Origin: Tetramitus jugosus
Taxonomy: Eukaryota; Protista; Heterolobosea
Direction: 5' to 3'
DNA length: 64,000 bases
Assembly: GCA_937625935.1 (NCBI GenBank)
Contig: OW569344.1
Coordinates: forward strand, 372,001-436,000
In this document: positions 34,425-45,138 of the stretch, piece after piece
Layout: each line of letters opens with the position of its first letter
Position numbering within the stretch: position 1 is the stretch's first letter
Program-made: the position numbers and the translations under genes
Notes under the pieces: model-generated
The model's database searches: none
Told to the model about the DNA's origin: nothing
What the model saw: the letters and a program-made list of their open reading frames with translations, nothing else

Positions 34425-36194
34425 ATGATATCTAGAGCAAAGACCAAAGTTCAATCAGCTTTTCCGAATAAGAAGAAGCCATCAGCGGTAGCTGAACCCA
34501 ATCTAGATGATATGATCGCACGAAGAGATTACACTGGTGCTATTGCTGTGTTAGAGGTTGATATCGTTATGTTGGTGTATTGGGCTAACATATAATTGAC
34601 CAATTTTATGTATCAATAGTTTTATCAAAGAGAGGGAAGAAAACATCCCAAGTATGATATAGTTCGATGGTTGGGATATTGCGCTTTTCATATGGGAGAT
34701 TATGAAAAAGCTGTGAATACTTTAAAGCAAGTATCGCCCTCAGCGGACAAGGAAGGTCTGAATCACTTAAATATTGCTTGTTGTCTTTACTTCTTAGGGT
34801 TGTACAAAGAAGCACTCGAAGAAACAAACAAGGGACCCTCCAATGCTCTTCAGAGACGCTTACGTTATCACTTGGCTGAAAAACTTGGAGATGAAGACAT
34901 ACTTCAGGAATTACATTCCAAGTTGTTGACTGGAAGTGTAGAAGATAAATTAAGTGTTGCTGCTATGCATGGTTTAAAAAATCAGAGAGAAGATGCAATC
35001 AATATTTACAAGCTGTTGGTTGATAATAGGTAAGGGATCTTATGTGTTTTACCGCCATGTAGTACATTGACTAATTCTTCATTCAGTTCCTACGTCGCTC
35101 TCAACATTTACCTCTCTCTATGTTACTACAAACTGGATTTTTATGATATCTCACTGGAAGTTCTGAACGCTTACCTCCAGAAGTTCCCTGGTAGTCAAAC
35201 AGCCCTAAATTTAAAAGCATGTAATCAATATAAGTTGTACAATGGAAAAGATGCACTTCAAATACTTCAACCTCTAATAGAAACAAATGAAGTAGATAAT
35301 CCACTATTACAACACAATACAGTAGTTTTTAAGGGGGGAGAAAACGCTCTTCAGGTTCTCCCACCCCTAGTAGAGATGATAACTGAAGCTCGATTGAACA
35401 TTGTCATTCACCATTTGAAGAATGGAGAGTTTATGGAGGCATACAATTTAATCAGTGATCTGGAGCCTACTCACACAACAGAGTTTATTTTGAAGGCTGT
35501 TGTCAATGTTTGTGTAGGTCAACAAAACGATTCTCGTGAAGCACTCAAACTTGCCCAACAATACTTTCAACTGATTGGTTCCAGTCAGAGCGATTGTGAT
35601 ACGATTCCTGGAAGACAGTGTATGGCATCTTGTTTGTTCATCATCAAGAGATTCCACGAAGTCAATACGTATTTGAATTCCATCAAGCAATTTTGCTTAA
35701 ATGATGACGATTTTAATTGGAATTTCGGCATCTCACTCGCAGCAGAAGGCCAGTTTAAACAAGCAGAAGAATGCCTGGCAGCCGTTCAAAATGATTCTTA
35801 CCGACAGGATCACATTTTTTGCATGTGGCTCGCCAGATGTTTTATCATGAATGGTAAAGCTGAAAAAGCTTGGGAATTGTACTTGAAGATGGACACTTCT
35901 GCTGAAACCTTAAATCTATTGCAGCTAATAGCGAATGATTGCTATAGAGTGGGAGCATTCTACTTTGCAGCAAAAGCTTTTGATGTCCTAGAAAGACTTG
36001 ATCCTAGTCCAGAATACTGGGAAGGAAAAAGAGGTGCATGTGTGGGAGTATTCCAACAAGTTATTGCCAGGAAAGAGCAACCTGCTGCACTTCATGACAT
36101 TGCTCAACTCCTTCATAACACTCATTCCCCCCAAGTAGATTACATTTATTCGATTATTGTCAAGTGGGCAAAGGAATCTGGTTCGTCATGGTAG
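34425..36194 (+). CDS. IFT56: Intraflagellar transport protein 56 (TTC26/DYF-13)
   Basis: RDYTGAI, WLGYCAFHMGDY, CDTIPGRQCMAS, LIANDCY and AKAFDVLERLDPSPEYWEGKRGACVG. Introns 34557-34619 and 35030-35086. Confidence 0.95.
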
Positions 36195-36317
36195 AGTTCA
36201 AATAAACTGTCAAAAGATGTAGAGGAGAAACTGGGAACTAAAAATATGGTTATCTGTTTTGTATCCAATTTGGTTGTATTTTGTAATTTGCAGCGTTCAT
36301 CACGACAAGAAAAAAAG

Positions 36318-36566
36318 ATGAACAAGAAGGAAGATGAAATCAGTATCTCAGGTCATTTGAACATTGAGGATCCAGTGTACAATACGAAGCATAAGGGTCT
36401 GGAACCCGAGGATGGGTCACTGAAAAAGCCGAGCTCAACTTTGCTGGAGGCGATGAAGCTGGCGAATGAAGACCGTCATGTCGTGTTGGACAACAGCAAT
36501 ACACACAGAGTGACTGAAAGAAGAACAAGTTTGCATGATCTGGAGAATGATCCTCAATATGAATAG
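36318..36566 (+). CDS. Small hydrophilic hypothetical protein (82 aa)
   Basis: ATG after an A-rich leader; coding-like composition; AATAAA shortly after the stop. Confidence 0.55.
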   Translation: MNKKEDEISISGHLNIEDPVYNTKHKGLEPEDGSLKKPSSTLLEAMKLANEDRHVVLDNSNTHRVTERRTSLHDLENDPQYE

Positions 36567-36598
36567 TGTATCTTTCATACATTCAATGATAAATAAAA

Positions 36599-37774
36599 TT
36601 AGTCCATTTGAATAATCACACCTTCATGACCAACATTTGACAAATAACACTTGAATCCTTCGTTGAGTAATTGAGACATGAACTCCTGAGTATTTTGCTC
36701 ATTATCATCCAACAGAACAAATGAACATCCACCACCACCAGCACCAGTCAACTTTGCATGCAGTCCATGTTCTTTTGACAATGAAACAACCTTTGATAGA
36801 GCCGGATGACCAACACCAATCGACTCCAACAAGTGTTGATTCTCATCAATCAATGATTCAAACTGAGTAATGTATCCCTCTCTTTCAATGGCCTTGCTCT
36901 TCATTTGATCAAAGAGAGAAAGACAATTGTTGCTGCAGGATTCAATTTGATCCATATACTTCTCATATTGACTGTCCTTTTCATATCTTTGTCTCACACC
37001 TGCCACCAAAGCCTTTGTGTCTCTTGGTACAGTTGTATCAACAATTAACAACTTCAAATTGCCAGGAATGGTGTCTAATTTGACAGGAGTTTGACCCTTA
37101 ACAAAAGAAACAACTCCTCCAAAAGTAGCAACAGTATTATCAATACCAGATGGTGTTCCATGAATCAACTCCTCCACGAAATAGCCCCATCTGTTAATCA
37201 AGGCCAATGTTTCATCAGACTTGAATTGAGTAGGATCAATCCATTGGAATGCAGACAGCATGGCACCCGATAGGCAAACACTAAAGGAAGCAGAAGATCC
37301 CAATCCGGCACCAATTGGCATATTGGTCGTTGCCTTCAAATCAATCGACGTGGTAGTAGTACTACCATCATCATTACTTGGACACATGTACAAATACAGA
37401 TACAGAGCACCAATCATGGAAACAAATCTAGCATCTCCCTTACCAGAGTACTCTTGCTTGATAATGCTTGTGAGCTCATTCACAATTTCTTCATTGACCT
37501 TTGGCACAAATGACTTGAATGACTCTTGATCATGATTGACAGTCAATTTGCTTCTCAAGTGAATAAATTTTTTGACTGGAATCTGGAAGGAACTGAAGCC
37601 TATTTGTTCAGAATCAAAGCACAGACTAGGTTCACCACTCTCTTGATCAGTAGTTGTCAAGTGAATACTTGTTCTCAAGTCATCCAAACTCGTAGCAATG
37701 GCCTTTTTGAAATAAACGACAGCATGTTCTCCAAAGAGAATCAGTTTACCTGGGGCAGACACAGACAGATTCAT
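36599..37774 (-). CDS. MVK: Mevalonate kinase
   Basis: SAPGKLILFGEHAVVY, PIGAGLGSSA, HGTPSGIDN and KLTGAGGGGC. Start 37774 (alternative 37834). Confidence 0.95.
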   Translation of the reverse strand: MNLSVSAPGKLILFGEHAVVYFKKAIATSLDDLRTSIHLTTTDQESGEPSLCFDSEQIGFSSFQIPVKKFIHLRSKLTVNHDQESFKSFVPKVNEEIVNELTSIIKQEYSGKGDARFVSMIGALYLYLYMCPSNDDGSTTTTSIDLKATTNMPIGAGLGSSASFSVCLSGAMLSAFQWIDPTQFKSDETLALINRWGYFVEELIHGTPSGIDNTVATFGGVVSFVKGQTPVKLDTIPGNLKLLIVDTTVPRDTKALVAGVRQRYEKDSQYEKYMDQIESCSNNCLSLFDQMKSKAIEREGYITQFESLIDENQHLLESIGVGHPALSKVVSLSKEHGLHAKLTGAGGGGCSFVLLDDNEQNTQEFMSQLLNEGFKCYLSNVGHEGVIIQMD

Positions 37775-37888
37775 ATTTGTTGTTTGTTGTTGCAGAGTTG
37801 GGATTTTGTTGGTTCCCAGCGTGAAAATTGTCATCTTTGCCGCCAAAAACAAATTCCAGGAAGAACTAGATCGAAAACAACCACAACG

Positions 37889-39337
37889 ATGATGAATCAA
37901 CAACAGCCAATCACAGCCTTGTTTCCTTTGCTCGTGCCAGTAAACGACCAATTTACAGTCTACAATGGATATATCACAACCTCAAACAATCAATCATATC
38001 AATGCAGTATCCATTTTGATCAGAATGGTGCCATGATTCACTGCTCACCCGATCTCATGCAACTCCTATCACTGAAGCAACAACAACAAAACAGTATTCT
38101 GTCATTGTCTTCTTCTTCCAACAAGACTGGTCATCATACAAGTGATAATGATGGTGGAGATGATGCGAATGAGGATTCGAATTCTGCCACGTTTTATGAT
38201 TTACTTCAACAACGATTGACTCAAATCATGACAATGACCATGCTGAATCAAAACACGGCTCAACAGCAATTCTCCAGTGATATGAAACAACGTTTTCATA
38301 TTCAACAAATCTTCATGAATGAACTGAGGGATGTTCTCGATCGAATCCATCAAGTGATTGACTATAGAAACAAGAGCAACAACAATCAGAGTACCAATAG
38401 CACTGGATCATTATTAACTACTACTACTGTTGGTAATTCAGATCGTTCTGCGACCAGTATGAGCAACAGCAGCAGCACATTAACACCATCCAATGTTCAA
38501 AACTTGTCCATGACTGGAGTTTACAGGCAAATGATATCAAACATTGATGAGATTGGATGGAATAGAGTGGTGGATATGGACACAGATATGAACAATGTGA
38601 CATTTGTGATTCGGGATAAGAGTGAAAGAGAGCACGAGATTTACATTCGCATCAACCATCGTCATCGTGCATCCAATGAATCGATTCGATTGAGTCATCG
38701 TGCCAATCTACCTCTCTCACTAACGCAAAAGATTCAAGTTCCAAGCCAAAGCAACAATCCATTCAAGTCAATACTCGATCAGTATGAGAAAACCATTGAC
38801 AAAATTCAAGATTTCCTCGCAGTGATGCAGAACTTGGATGATCGAGCATGGATATTAGAACCGGAGCATTGTACACCGGCGCATACCATGAGAAGGATTG
38901 CAATTGGATCACACTCATCTATACAAATCGAAGTGAATCCTATCACACCAAGATCGATACCTGATATTCGCTTCCTGGGTGCGGATTCAATCATTGCACC
39001 AATGAAGGAATCGCTAATGAAATGCGGCAATGAATGGAACAACAACTTAGATCTGGCAGTCAATTTAGAAACCGTTTTGAATATCAAACTACCAAAGAAA
39101 GAAGAAGAACAAGCCTCAGAATTCAGTGGCGAATGTGGTGTATGCTACTCCTACCGAAACGATGACAAAATTCCAGACAAGGTATGCGACAACATTCGAT
39201 GTTGCATGCCATTCCATAGTTCTTGTCTTGTCCAATGGCTCAGAGCACTCCATGATGTACATCAAGTATTCGATACATTGACTGGCTTATGTCCTTACTG
39301 TCAGGAGCCCATACATGTGAAGGACGTAGCCAAGTGA
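37889..39337 (+). CDS. FANCL: E3 ubiquitin ligase FANCL
   Basis: ELF-like FPLLVP...YNGYI; DRWD-like IGWNRV and WILEPE...RRIAIG...PDIRFLG; C-terminal RING ECGVCYSY...CDNIRC..PFHSSCLVQWLR...GLCPYC. Confidence 0.92.
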   Translation: MMNQQQPITALFPLLVPVNDQFTVYNGYITTSNNQSYQCSIHFDQNGAMIHCSPDLMQLLSLKQQQQNSILSLSSSSNKTGHHTSDNDGGDDANEDSNSATFYDLLQQRLTQIMTMTMLNQNTAQQQFSSDMKQRFHIQQIFMNELRDVLDRIHQVIDYRNKSNNNQSTNSTGSLLTTTTVGNSDRSATSMSNSSSTLTPSNVQNLSMTGVYRQMISNIDEIGWNRVVDMDTDMNNVTFVIRDKSEREHEIYIRINHRHRASNESIRLSHRANLPLSLTQKIQVPSQSNNPFKSILDQYEKTIDKIQDFLAVMQNLDDRAWILEPEHCTPAHTMRRIAIGSHSSIQIEVNPITPRSIPDIRFLGADSIIAPMKESLMKCGNEWNNNLDLAVNLETVLNIKLPKKEEEQASEFSGECGVCYSYRNDDKIPDKVCDNIRCCMPFHSSCLVQWLRALHDVHQVFDTLTGLCPYCQEPIHVKDVAK

Positions 39338-39481
39338 GCGCATTCCCGCCAATTTTTGGCGCCTTCTTTTCGCGGTTCTTTTCGTTTTTTCGTCAAATTT
39401 TGACATAATCACAAATTCAACAACGAAAAAAATTTGCGAAGAGAAACAAAAGCTGAGATACCCCCTAAAGCAATAAGAGAG

Positions 39482-40324
39482 ATGAGTGTCACACAACTTG
39501 TAAATGCATGCAAGCAGGCAGATATTGAACAATTGAAACAATTGTTAGCAGAACATGGAAAAGATATCAATCAACCATGTCCCTCTGAGAAGTGCACTTG
39601 TTTGCACATGGCAGTGATTTCAGGATCGGATCCAATTGCTGATCTCCTGATGGAACATGGAGCAGATCCAACTGTTCAAGCAGATGATGAAATGGGCATC
39701 ACTCCCATGCATATGGCTGCCATGTTTGGTCGATTGACATTCATTCAAAAGTGTCTCAAATTGTTCCCAAGGAGTGTCAACACTGTTGACAAGACAAATG
39801 CCACGCCAATCATGTCTGCTGCTCTTTATAACCAATACAAGGCACTAGAGCTTTTGTTGGACAATGGTGCAAACCCTAACATTAAGGAACACAACAAATT
39901 TAGAAATGTTCTCCATGTGGCTCTAACAGGTGATAATGAGGGATGTTACAATGAAATTGCAAAACTTATTCTGTCTCGCGGCTGTGATGTCAATGCCCAA
40001 GATGCCAGTGGTTTCACTGCCTTACATATGGCCGTGAACATGGGTGATGAGAGTTTGTGTAGTTTGTTTCTAAATTATGGTGCAGATCCAAAGGTAACAA
40101 CCAATCATGGAGCTAACGCTATTTCATTGGCCACAAAGCTAAAGAGAGTGGATTTGGCTCGGTTTTTGACCGACAGATATGACAGAGTGTCGAGCTTGCG
40201 TGACATAATTGATGCTCAGGTCGCTCCATGGAAGAATCAGATCCGTCTACAACAAAAGGTTGTCGAGAGTCTTCAGATGGATATACAACGATTACAAGCT
40301 CAAGCCCAATCAAAACCACTCTAG
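39482..40324 (+). CDS. Ankyrin-repeat protein with a C-terminal coiled coil
   Basis: Repeated TCLHMA, TPMHMAA, TPIMSAA and TALHMAV with LLxxGADP/GANPN. Confidence 0.9.
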   Translation: MSVTQLVNACKQADIEQLKQLLAEHGKDINQPCPSEKCTCLHMAVISGSDPIADLLMEHGADPTVQADDEMGITPMHMAAMFGRLTFIQKCLKLFPRSVNTVDKTNATPIMSAALYNQYKALELLLDNGANPNIKEHNKFRNVLHVALTGDNEGCYNEIAKLILSRGCDVNAQDASGFTALHMAVNMGDESLCSLFLNYGADPKVTTNHGANAISLATKLKRVDLARFLTDRYDRVSSLRDIIDAQVAPWKNQIRLQQKVVESLQMDIQRLQAQAQSKPL

Positions 40325-40764
40325 AGCATGTATCAAACATTAAGTTGTATTGATTCAAAATAAATGTGTTTCAAGGTAATTTAGTTTTCCGTATGGAAAC
40401 CTGGAAAAGTTGCTGGAAAAAATTTCTGGTGCTGAGATGACGGATGCGATGTGTGTATTCTTGTAGCGCATCATGTATTTGACACCATGTTCTCTAGCGA
40501 CCTCCCTGTATTGCAGCATAGTTTTTTTCTGTGAGCTGTAATGACTCTAGTTCAAGGGCGCTCGGTTTTATGTTTTGTGTAACAACTAGCTACCCAAGAA
40601 GGCATTTTCATGCCGCGGTGCGCCGTTGTCAAAGAGAGATGTGGTTCTTGAGTTTTTTGCGCCACAAAAAAATTGAAGAATATTGAAGCAAATTTTCACA
40701 CAGAAGGAGTTGAAGAACGAAGGTGTATTTAGACGTTTTTTATCGCAGGAATTACAAGTAATGT

Positions 40765-42131
40765 TTACAATTCGTCGTGCTCGACATTAGCTTCCTTAGC
40801 CTTCTCTTGAGCTGCCTTCAACAACTCGTCATCTTCGTTTTGTTGAGCCTTTTCAGCTTCTTCCTTCTCCTTCTTTTCCTTTTCTTCCTTCTCTCTGGCT
40901 TCGTTTTCTTCTTCAGCCTTCTTTCTGGCTTCTTCATCCTTTGCCTTCTTGTCAGCTTCGATTTGGTTGAACATTTCCTTCTCCTTCTTTGCCAAAGCCA
41001 ACTTTGCATCAGCAAACTTCTTTGCTTCAGCTTCGTCGTCAGTGATCAAGATATCGTCAAAGATGGTACCGGCCTTAACTTGCCAAATTTCAATACCAAC
41101 AGAGTTCATATTCTTGAATTGGTACAAGTTCTCATCGTGAACATACTCTGGGTTGTCAATCAATCTTGGCTTCCATTCACCCTTGTATTCTGGGTTTGGA
41201 ATCATCTTTTGACTCCATTCTCCCTTGTAGTCTGGGTTTGGAATCTTTGGAGCTTCCCATTCACCATCTTCTTCATCATCCCAATCCTCAGGCTTCTTAG
41301 CTTCTGGGTCGTTGATGAACTTTGATTCCTTGTCCCAGTCAGCTGGCTTGACGTCATTGACATCAGGGATCTCTCTTTGGTCAACCCAGTCAACTGGCTT
41401 CTTGTCTTCTGGATCAGAGATTTGCTTTGGCTTCAAAAAGTCCCAGTCTTCAAACAAAGAACCAGATTCCTTCTTAACACCATCAATGTGAACTTCATAA
41501 GTGTTGTCAGGGTTGACAATAGCAGTGTACAAGTGAGTCAACTTGTCAGATTCGCATGGCAAAGTCTTCTTCCACAACAAGTTTTGTCCATTGTAGTTGA
41601 AGATGAAGTGAACTCTCTTGGTTGCACCACAAATATCAGGACCAAACATAATGTTGTATTGAGTATCATCCTTAAAGTCTTCTTGGGAGACACCGTCTGG
41701 CATAACCTTCAAGTATGCGCCACCACAGTCAATACCTTGTGGCATCTTGACAGCATATTGGATGATAGTCTTCTTGTTAGTGTTGTCGAAAACCTTGTCA
41801 AACTTTGCGCTAATAGAATAGTGTCTTGCGTCTTGAGAAGCTTGCAAGCCCTTGTCTTGCTCAGCATCACCAAACCATTCTCCAGTGGTGTGCTTCCATT
41901 CACCATAATTGTCTCTAGCTTTGCTGACCACCCATCTGCTCTTCCAGTCATCTGAAAAAAAATGGAGAAAAACACAGTTTAGTAAAACAATTGCTATTGC
42001 CTTTGGCGGTTGATCATCGACAATGATCACATACTGTTGAAGGATTCATGGAAGTAAACTTCTGCTGCCACAACGCTCAAAATTGCAATCAAGACACAAG
42101 CGAGTGTCAAGGCCTTGCTTTGGGAAACCAT
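40765..42131 (-). CDS. CALR: Calreticulin
   Basis: Signal peptide, IDCGGAYLK, IMFGPDICG, P-domain DPEDKKPVDW/GEWKPRLIDNP and C-terminal HDEL. Exon 1 is 42131-42035; intron 42034-41952. Confidence 0.97.
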
Positions 42132-42459
42132 TTTGTCGATTTGTTCTTGTTTTGTTTAGCTTATCTTTGATTTCCACGCTGCAGATTTTGTTCTTTCACA
42201 CCAGGACACGTGGACTTACCACAGATCCGATTCAGAGGGTTTTCACAATGATTACAACAAAAATTGTTGTAAACGGAAATACTGTCGGAGTTAAAATTCC
42301 GATGAGGAGTAATTCCGCCTGCATCTCCATATGCTTGTGAAAAGTTCGAAGTGCCAGGAACTTTGGTTAAAAGACAGAGATCTGGTAAATAATCGAAAAG
42401 CCAACATCACACCACCAAAATAAGAAACCAGCACATAACTCATTCGATTGATTATAAGA

Positions 42460-43764
42460 ATGCCGTCCAAGAAGCCACAGAATCACAAGCCCGATCTCAT
42501 GAATCCAAAGAAGAAGAAGAAGTCTAAGGAACAAAGGGCAAAGATGCTAAAGACATCAATTGAAATTATTAAGCGTATTCAATTCGATCCAGACCTATCA
42601 TCCTATCAAGATCACTTTAGTATTGATTATTTAGATAGATTTGATGGTATTCTGAACATTAACCTTGAGGGATATTTGCTCCAGTCAGATATTCCTCAAC
42701 ACAGAATATACTTTATCAAGTTTAGAGACAGAGTTATTTGGGATCGAGAAAAGAGAAAAGATTTGGTCAGCGATGGTGCCATTTATGAACTCATTGAGTT
42801 GTTCAATAATGGAATGATGAGTGAAGGAGAGGAGAGTGATAGCGATGATGATTCAGAGGAGGATGAGAGCGAAGATATGAGCGAGGATGAGTCGATTGAG
42901 CAAATTGACACTAATGAAGCAGACAAGAAGGACCGAACAGTGACCAAGATTATATTTTCCAACAGAAAGAAGCGAAAGATTTATCAACAATACGTTCCCG
43001 AGGATACATTAGAGTCTTGGATGTTGAAACACAACCAGAGAGATGAAGAGTTCGTACTAAACAACCCAACTCATATCAGTCAAAAGGGTGGTTACTATCA
43101 TATTAGTTCAGACTTAATGGATGAATTGTACAGCAAGTGGGTCGAAAGCATTGCTAAGTCTGAAGTATTTTTCATGGAGGAGGTTCGAACTTCAAAGTTT
43201 CGATTGTACATCGACTTGGATATCAAGTTAACACAGAAGGAGCGATTCGATCTCATCGAGAGTGAGTGGCTATCCATCATTCAACAATTTACACTTGATT
43301 ACTTTTCAGGCATTATGGCATACCATGAATTAGATACATCATGCATTGTGTTGGAGTGTCATTCAGATTGGAAAGATGCTACATCCAGTGACGCTGTATT
43401 CAAGTCTGGTTTCAGAATTTACTACCCAAATTTACATGTCAATGCTGAGCAGTATGGACTCTTCTTGAAAGCGTTGTCATTGCACATGGAGGAGGAAATT
43501 GAACAGTACAAGAACCAGCCAAGCGATTGGAGATATGAGGACATTATTGACGTTAAATCAGCCACCCATGATAGAAACAGAATGTATGGCACAGTCAAGT
43601 TCAGAAGAGGTTCGATTCTACCAAGAGTGTATTCTTACCTTGGCTCGTATGATGAGAATGCACAGTTCAGTAAGGTAATGAATGATAAGCTCGATCCATC
43701 CAGAAGCACAGGAAACTTGCTTCGTCTCGTCCAGAACACATCTGTCCGGCTCCCAGACCTGTAG
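42460..43764 (+). CDS. MJ1316/DUF504 domain fused to an NCLDV C962R-like AEP primase-polymerase domain
   Basis: N-terminal LKTSIEIIKRIQFDP..YLDRFDG..DIPQHRIYFIK..VIWDREKRKD; acidic linker; C-terminal TH..KGG, FRLYIDLDIK, KSGFRIYYP, W..EDIID, RMYGTVK and TSVR. Confidence 0.8.
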   Translation: MPSKKPQNHKPDLMNPKKKKKSKEQRAKMLKTSIEIIKRIQFDPDLSSYQDHFSIDYLDRFDGILNINLEGYLLQSDIPQHRIYFIKFRDRVIWDREKRKDLVSDGAIYELIELFNNGMMSEGEESDSDDDSEEDESEDMSEDESIEQIDTNEADKKDRTVTKIIFSNRKKRKIYQQYVPEDTLESWMLKHNQRDEEFVLNNPTHISQKGGYYHISSDLMDELYSKWVESIAKSEVFFMEEVRTSKFRLYIDLDIKLTQKERFDLIESEWLSIIQQFTLDYFSGIMAYHELDTSCIVLECHSDWKDATSSDAVFKSGFRIYYPNLHVNAEQYGLFLKALSLHMEEEIEQYKNQPSDWRYEDIIDVKSATHDRNRMYGTVKFRRGSILPRVYSYLGSYDENAQFSKVMNDKLDPSRSTGNLLRLVQNTSVRLPDL

Positions 43765-43849
43765 TCAACTCCTTGTTGTCACAGAATAAAAAACTACGAT
43801 CAGAAATTGAAAAAAAAACAAAGCAAATTCTTTTCATCAACGGTGTGTC

Positions 43850-45034
43850 ATGATCAACAGCAACCACAACAGAAATGACGATGACAAAGAAGATGCCACG
43901 TCCATACTAACAACATTATGTGCACTCTACAGCAACAACACGAACAATTCATACGATGAGCTGTGTCAGTTGTTTTCGCTCATGGATCAATTAGACAATA
44001 GTAGTGATGATTCTTCTCATGGCCACACTCAGGTTCTATTATCCAGTTTGGAGGACGATCGTGTAAAGCAATTGTTGTGTAAACTATTTATGAATCATTG
44101 GAATCATGTGATTGAGTGCGTGGATGAAAATCAATTATTGTTTCGGAAGAGGAGTCATCCATTATTATATTCGAGAGAGACAAGCGATGATGGAAAAGTA
44201 GTTTATCGTGATGATGCAGCGACTACGCAACCAGCTTTTGTCACTCAAATGAACTTGCAGAGTTCTTCTCTCACGAACAGTACGAACGAACGAGGAGCAA
44301 CAATCGCACGGGCAGTGGGAAGTCAAAGTGATAGTCTGTTGTCCGAGTTTAAATCAATTATTCCTGATTCGATATCATTCGAGGAGGACTCCCAAAGTCA
44401 ACAGCAAGAACGAATTAGACGCCAGGTACAAGAGTACAATGAAAAGCATCGAAGCAAGTCTCTGTTTGAGATTAATCAAGAGATATCGGATCAAAAGAAG
44501 AAGGATTATGAAAGAAGAGAGAAAAAGCGAAGAAGAAGAGAGGAAAAGGAGGCGAGAAAGCAGAAGCGAAAACATCATCAACATGACTCTGAGGAAGACC
44601 GAAGAAAGAGAAAGAGAAGGCATCGATACAGTGATAGTAGCAGCGATGAAGAGAGTGATAATGATGAATCAGATTACTCTTCTTCAGATGAGGAGGAATA
44701 CAGGAGGAGGAAGAGAAAGAGTCGGAGAGAGAGCGACAAGAAGGATAGAGACAGATCTCATCACAAGAAGAAGGAGAAGAAGCATAAGAGCAAGGAAAAG
44801 AGTAGTAGCGAACGAAAGAAGAAAAAGAGAGAAAAGTCTCATTCTGATTCTGGTTCTGAATCCGATTCAGAGAGAAACTATCTCTTGCAGAAGAAGGGTT
44901 ACCTAACTTTTGATCGCGATAGTGTCATGTCAGGTCGACCCATGGACAAGAAACACTTGTCCAATATTGTTCAGAATGCATCGAACATGAAGGACCGATT
45001 CTCTTCATCAGGCTTCCAATCTACTTTCATGTAA
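43850..45034 (+). CDS. Lys/Arg/Ser-rich nuclear protein with a DUF3752 (GPALPP1-like) C-terminus
   Basis: VQEYNEKHRSKSLFEI ... TFDRD...DKK...ASNMKDRFSS. Confidence 0.7.
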   Translation: MINSNHNRNDDDKEDATSILTTLCALYSNNTNNSYDELCQLFSLMDQLDNSSDDSSHGHTQVLLSSLEDDRVKQLLCKLFMNHWNHVIECVDENQLLFRKRSHPLLYSRETSDDGKVVYRDDAATTQPAFVTQMNLQSSSLTNSTNERGATIARAVGSQSDSLLSEFKSIIPDSISFEEDSQSQQQERIRRQVQEYNEKHRSKSLFEINQEISDQKKKDYERREKKRRRREEKEARKQKRKHHQHDSEEDRRKRKRRHRYSDSSSDEESDNDESDYSSSDEEEYRRRKRKSRRESDKKDRDRSHHKKKEKKHKSKEKSSSERKKKKREKSHSDSGSESDSERNYLLQKKGYLTFDRDSVMSGRPMDKKHLSNIVQNASNMKDRFSSSGFQSTFM

Positions 45035-45138
45035 ATACTGAGGCACTCACGAACGTGCATGTTCAAATTTCTTCTTGCACAAAATTTCACATTCGCGAAA
45101 ACATCTTTCAAAAAAGAAAACAAACAATCAAACACACC

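Noticed and set aside
42300-43900. Endogenous giant-virus insertion around the AEP gene
   Set aside because: No capsid, polB, packaging ATPase or other viral hallmark nearby, and the flanks are host genes.
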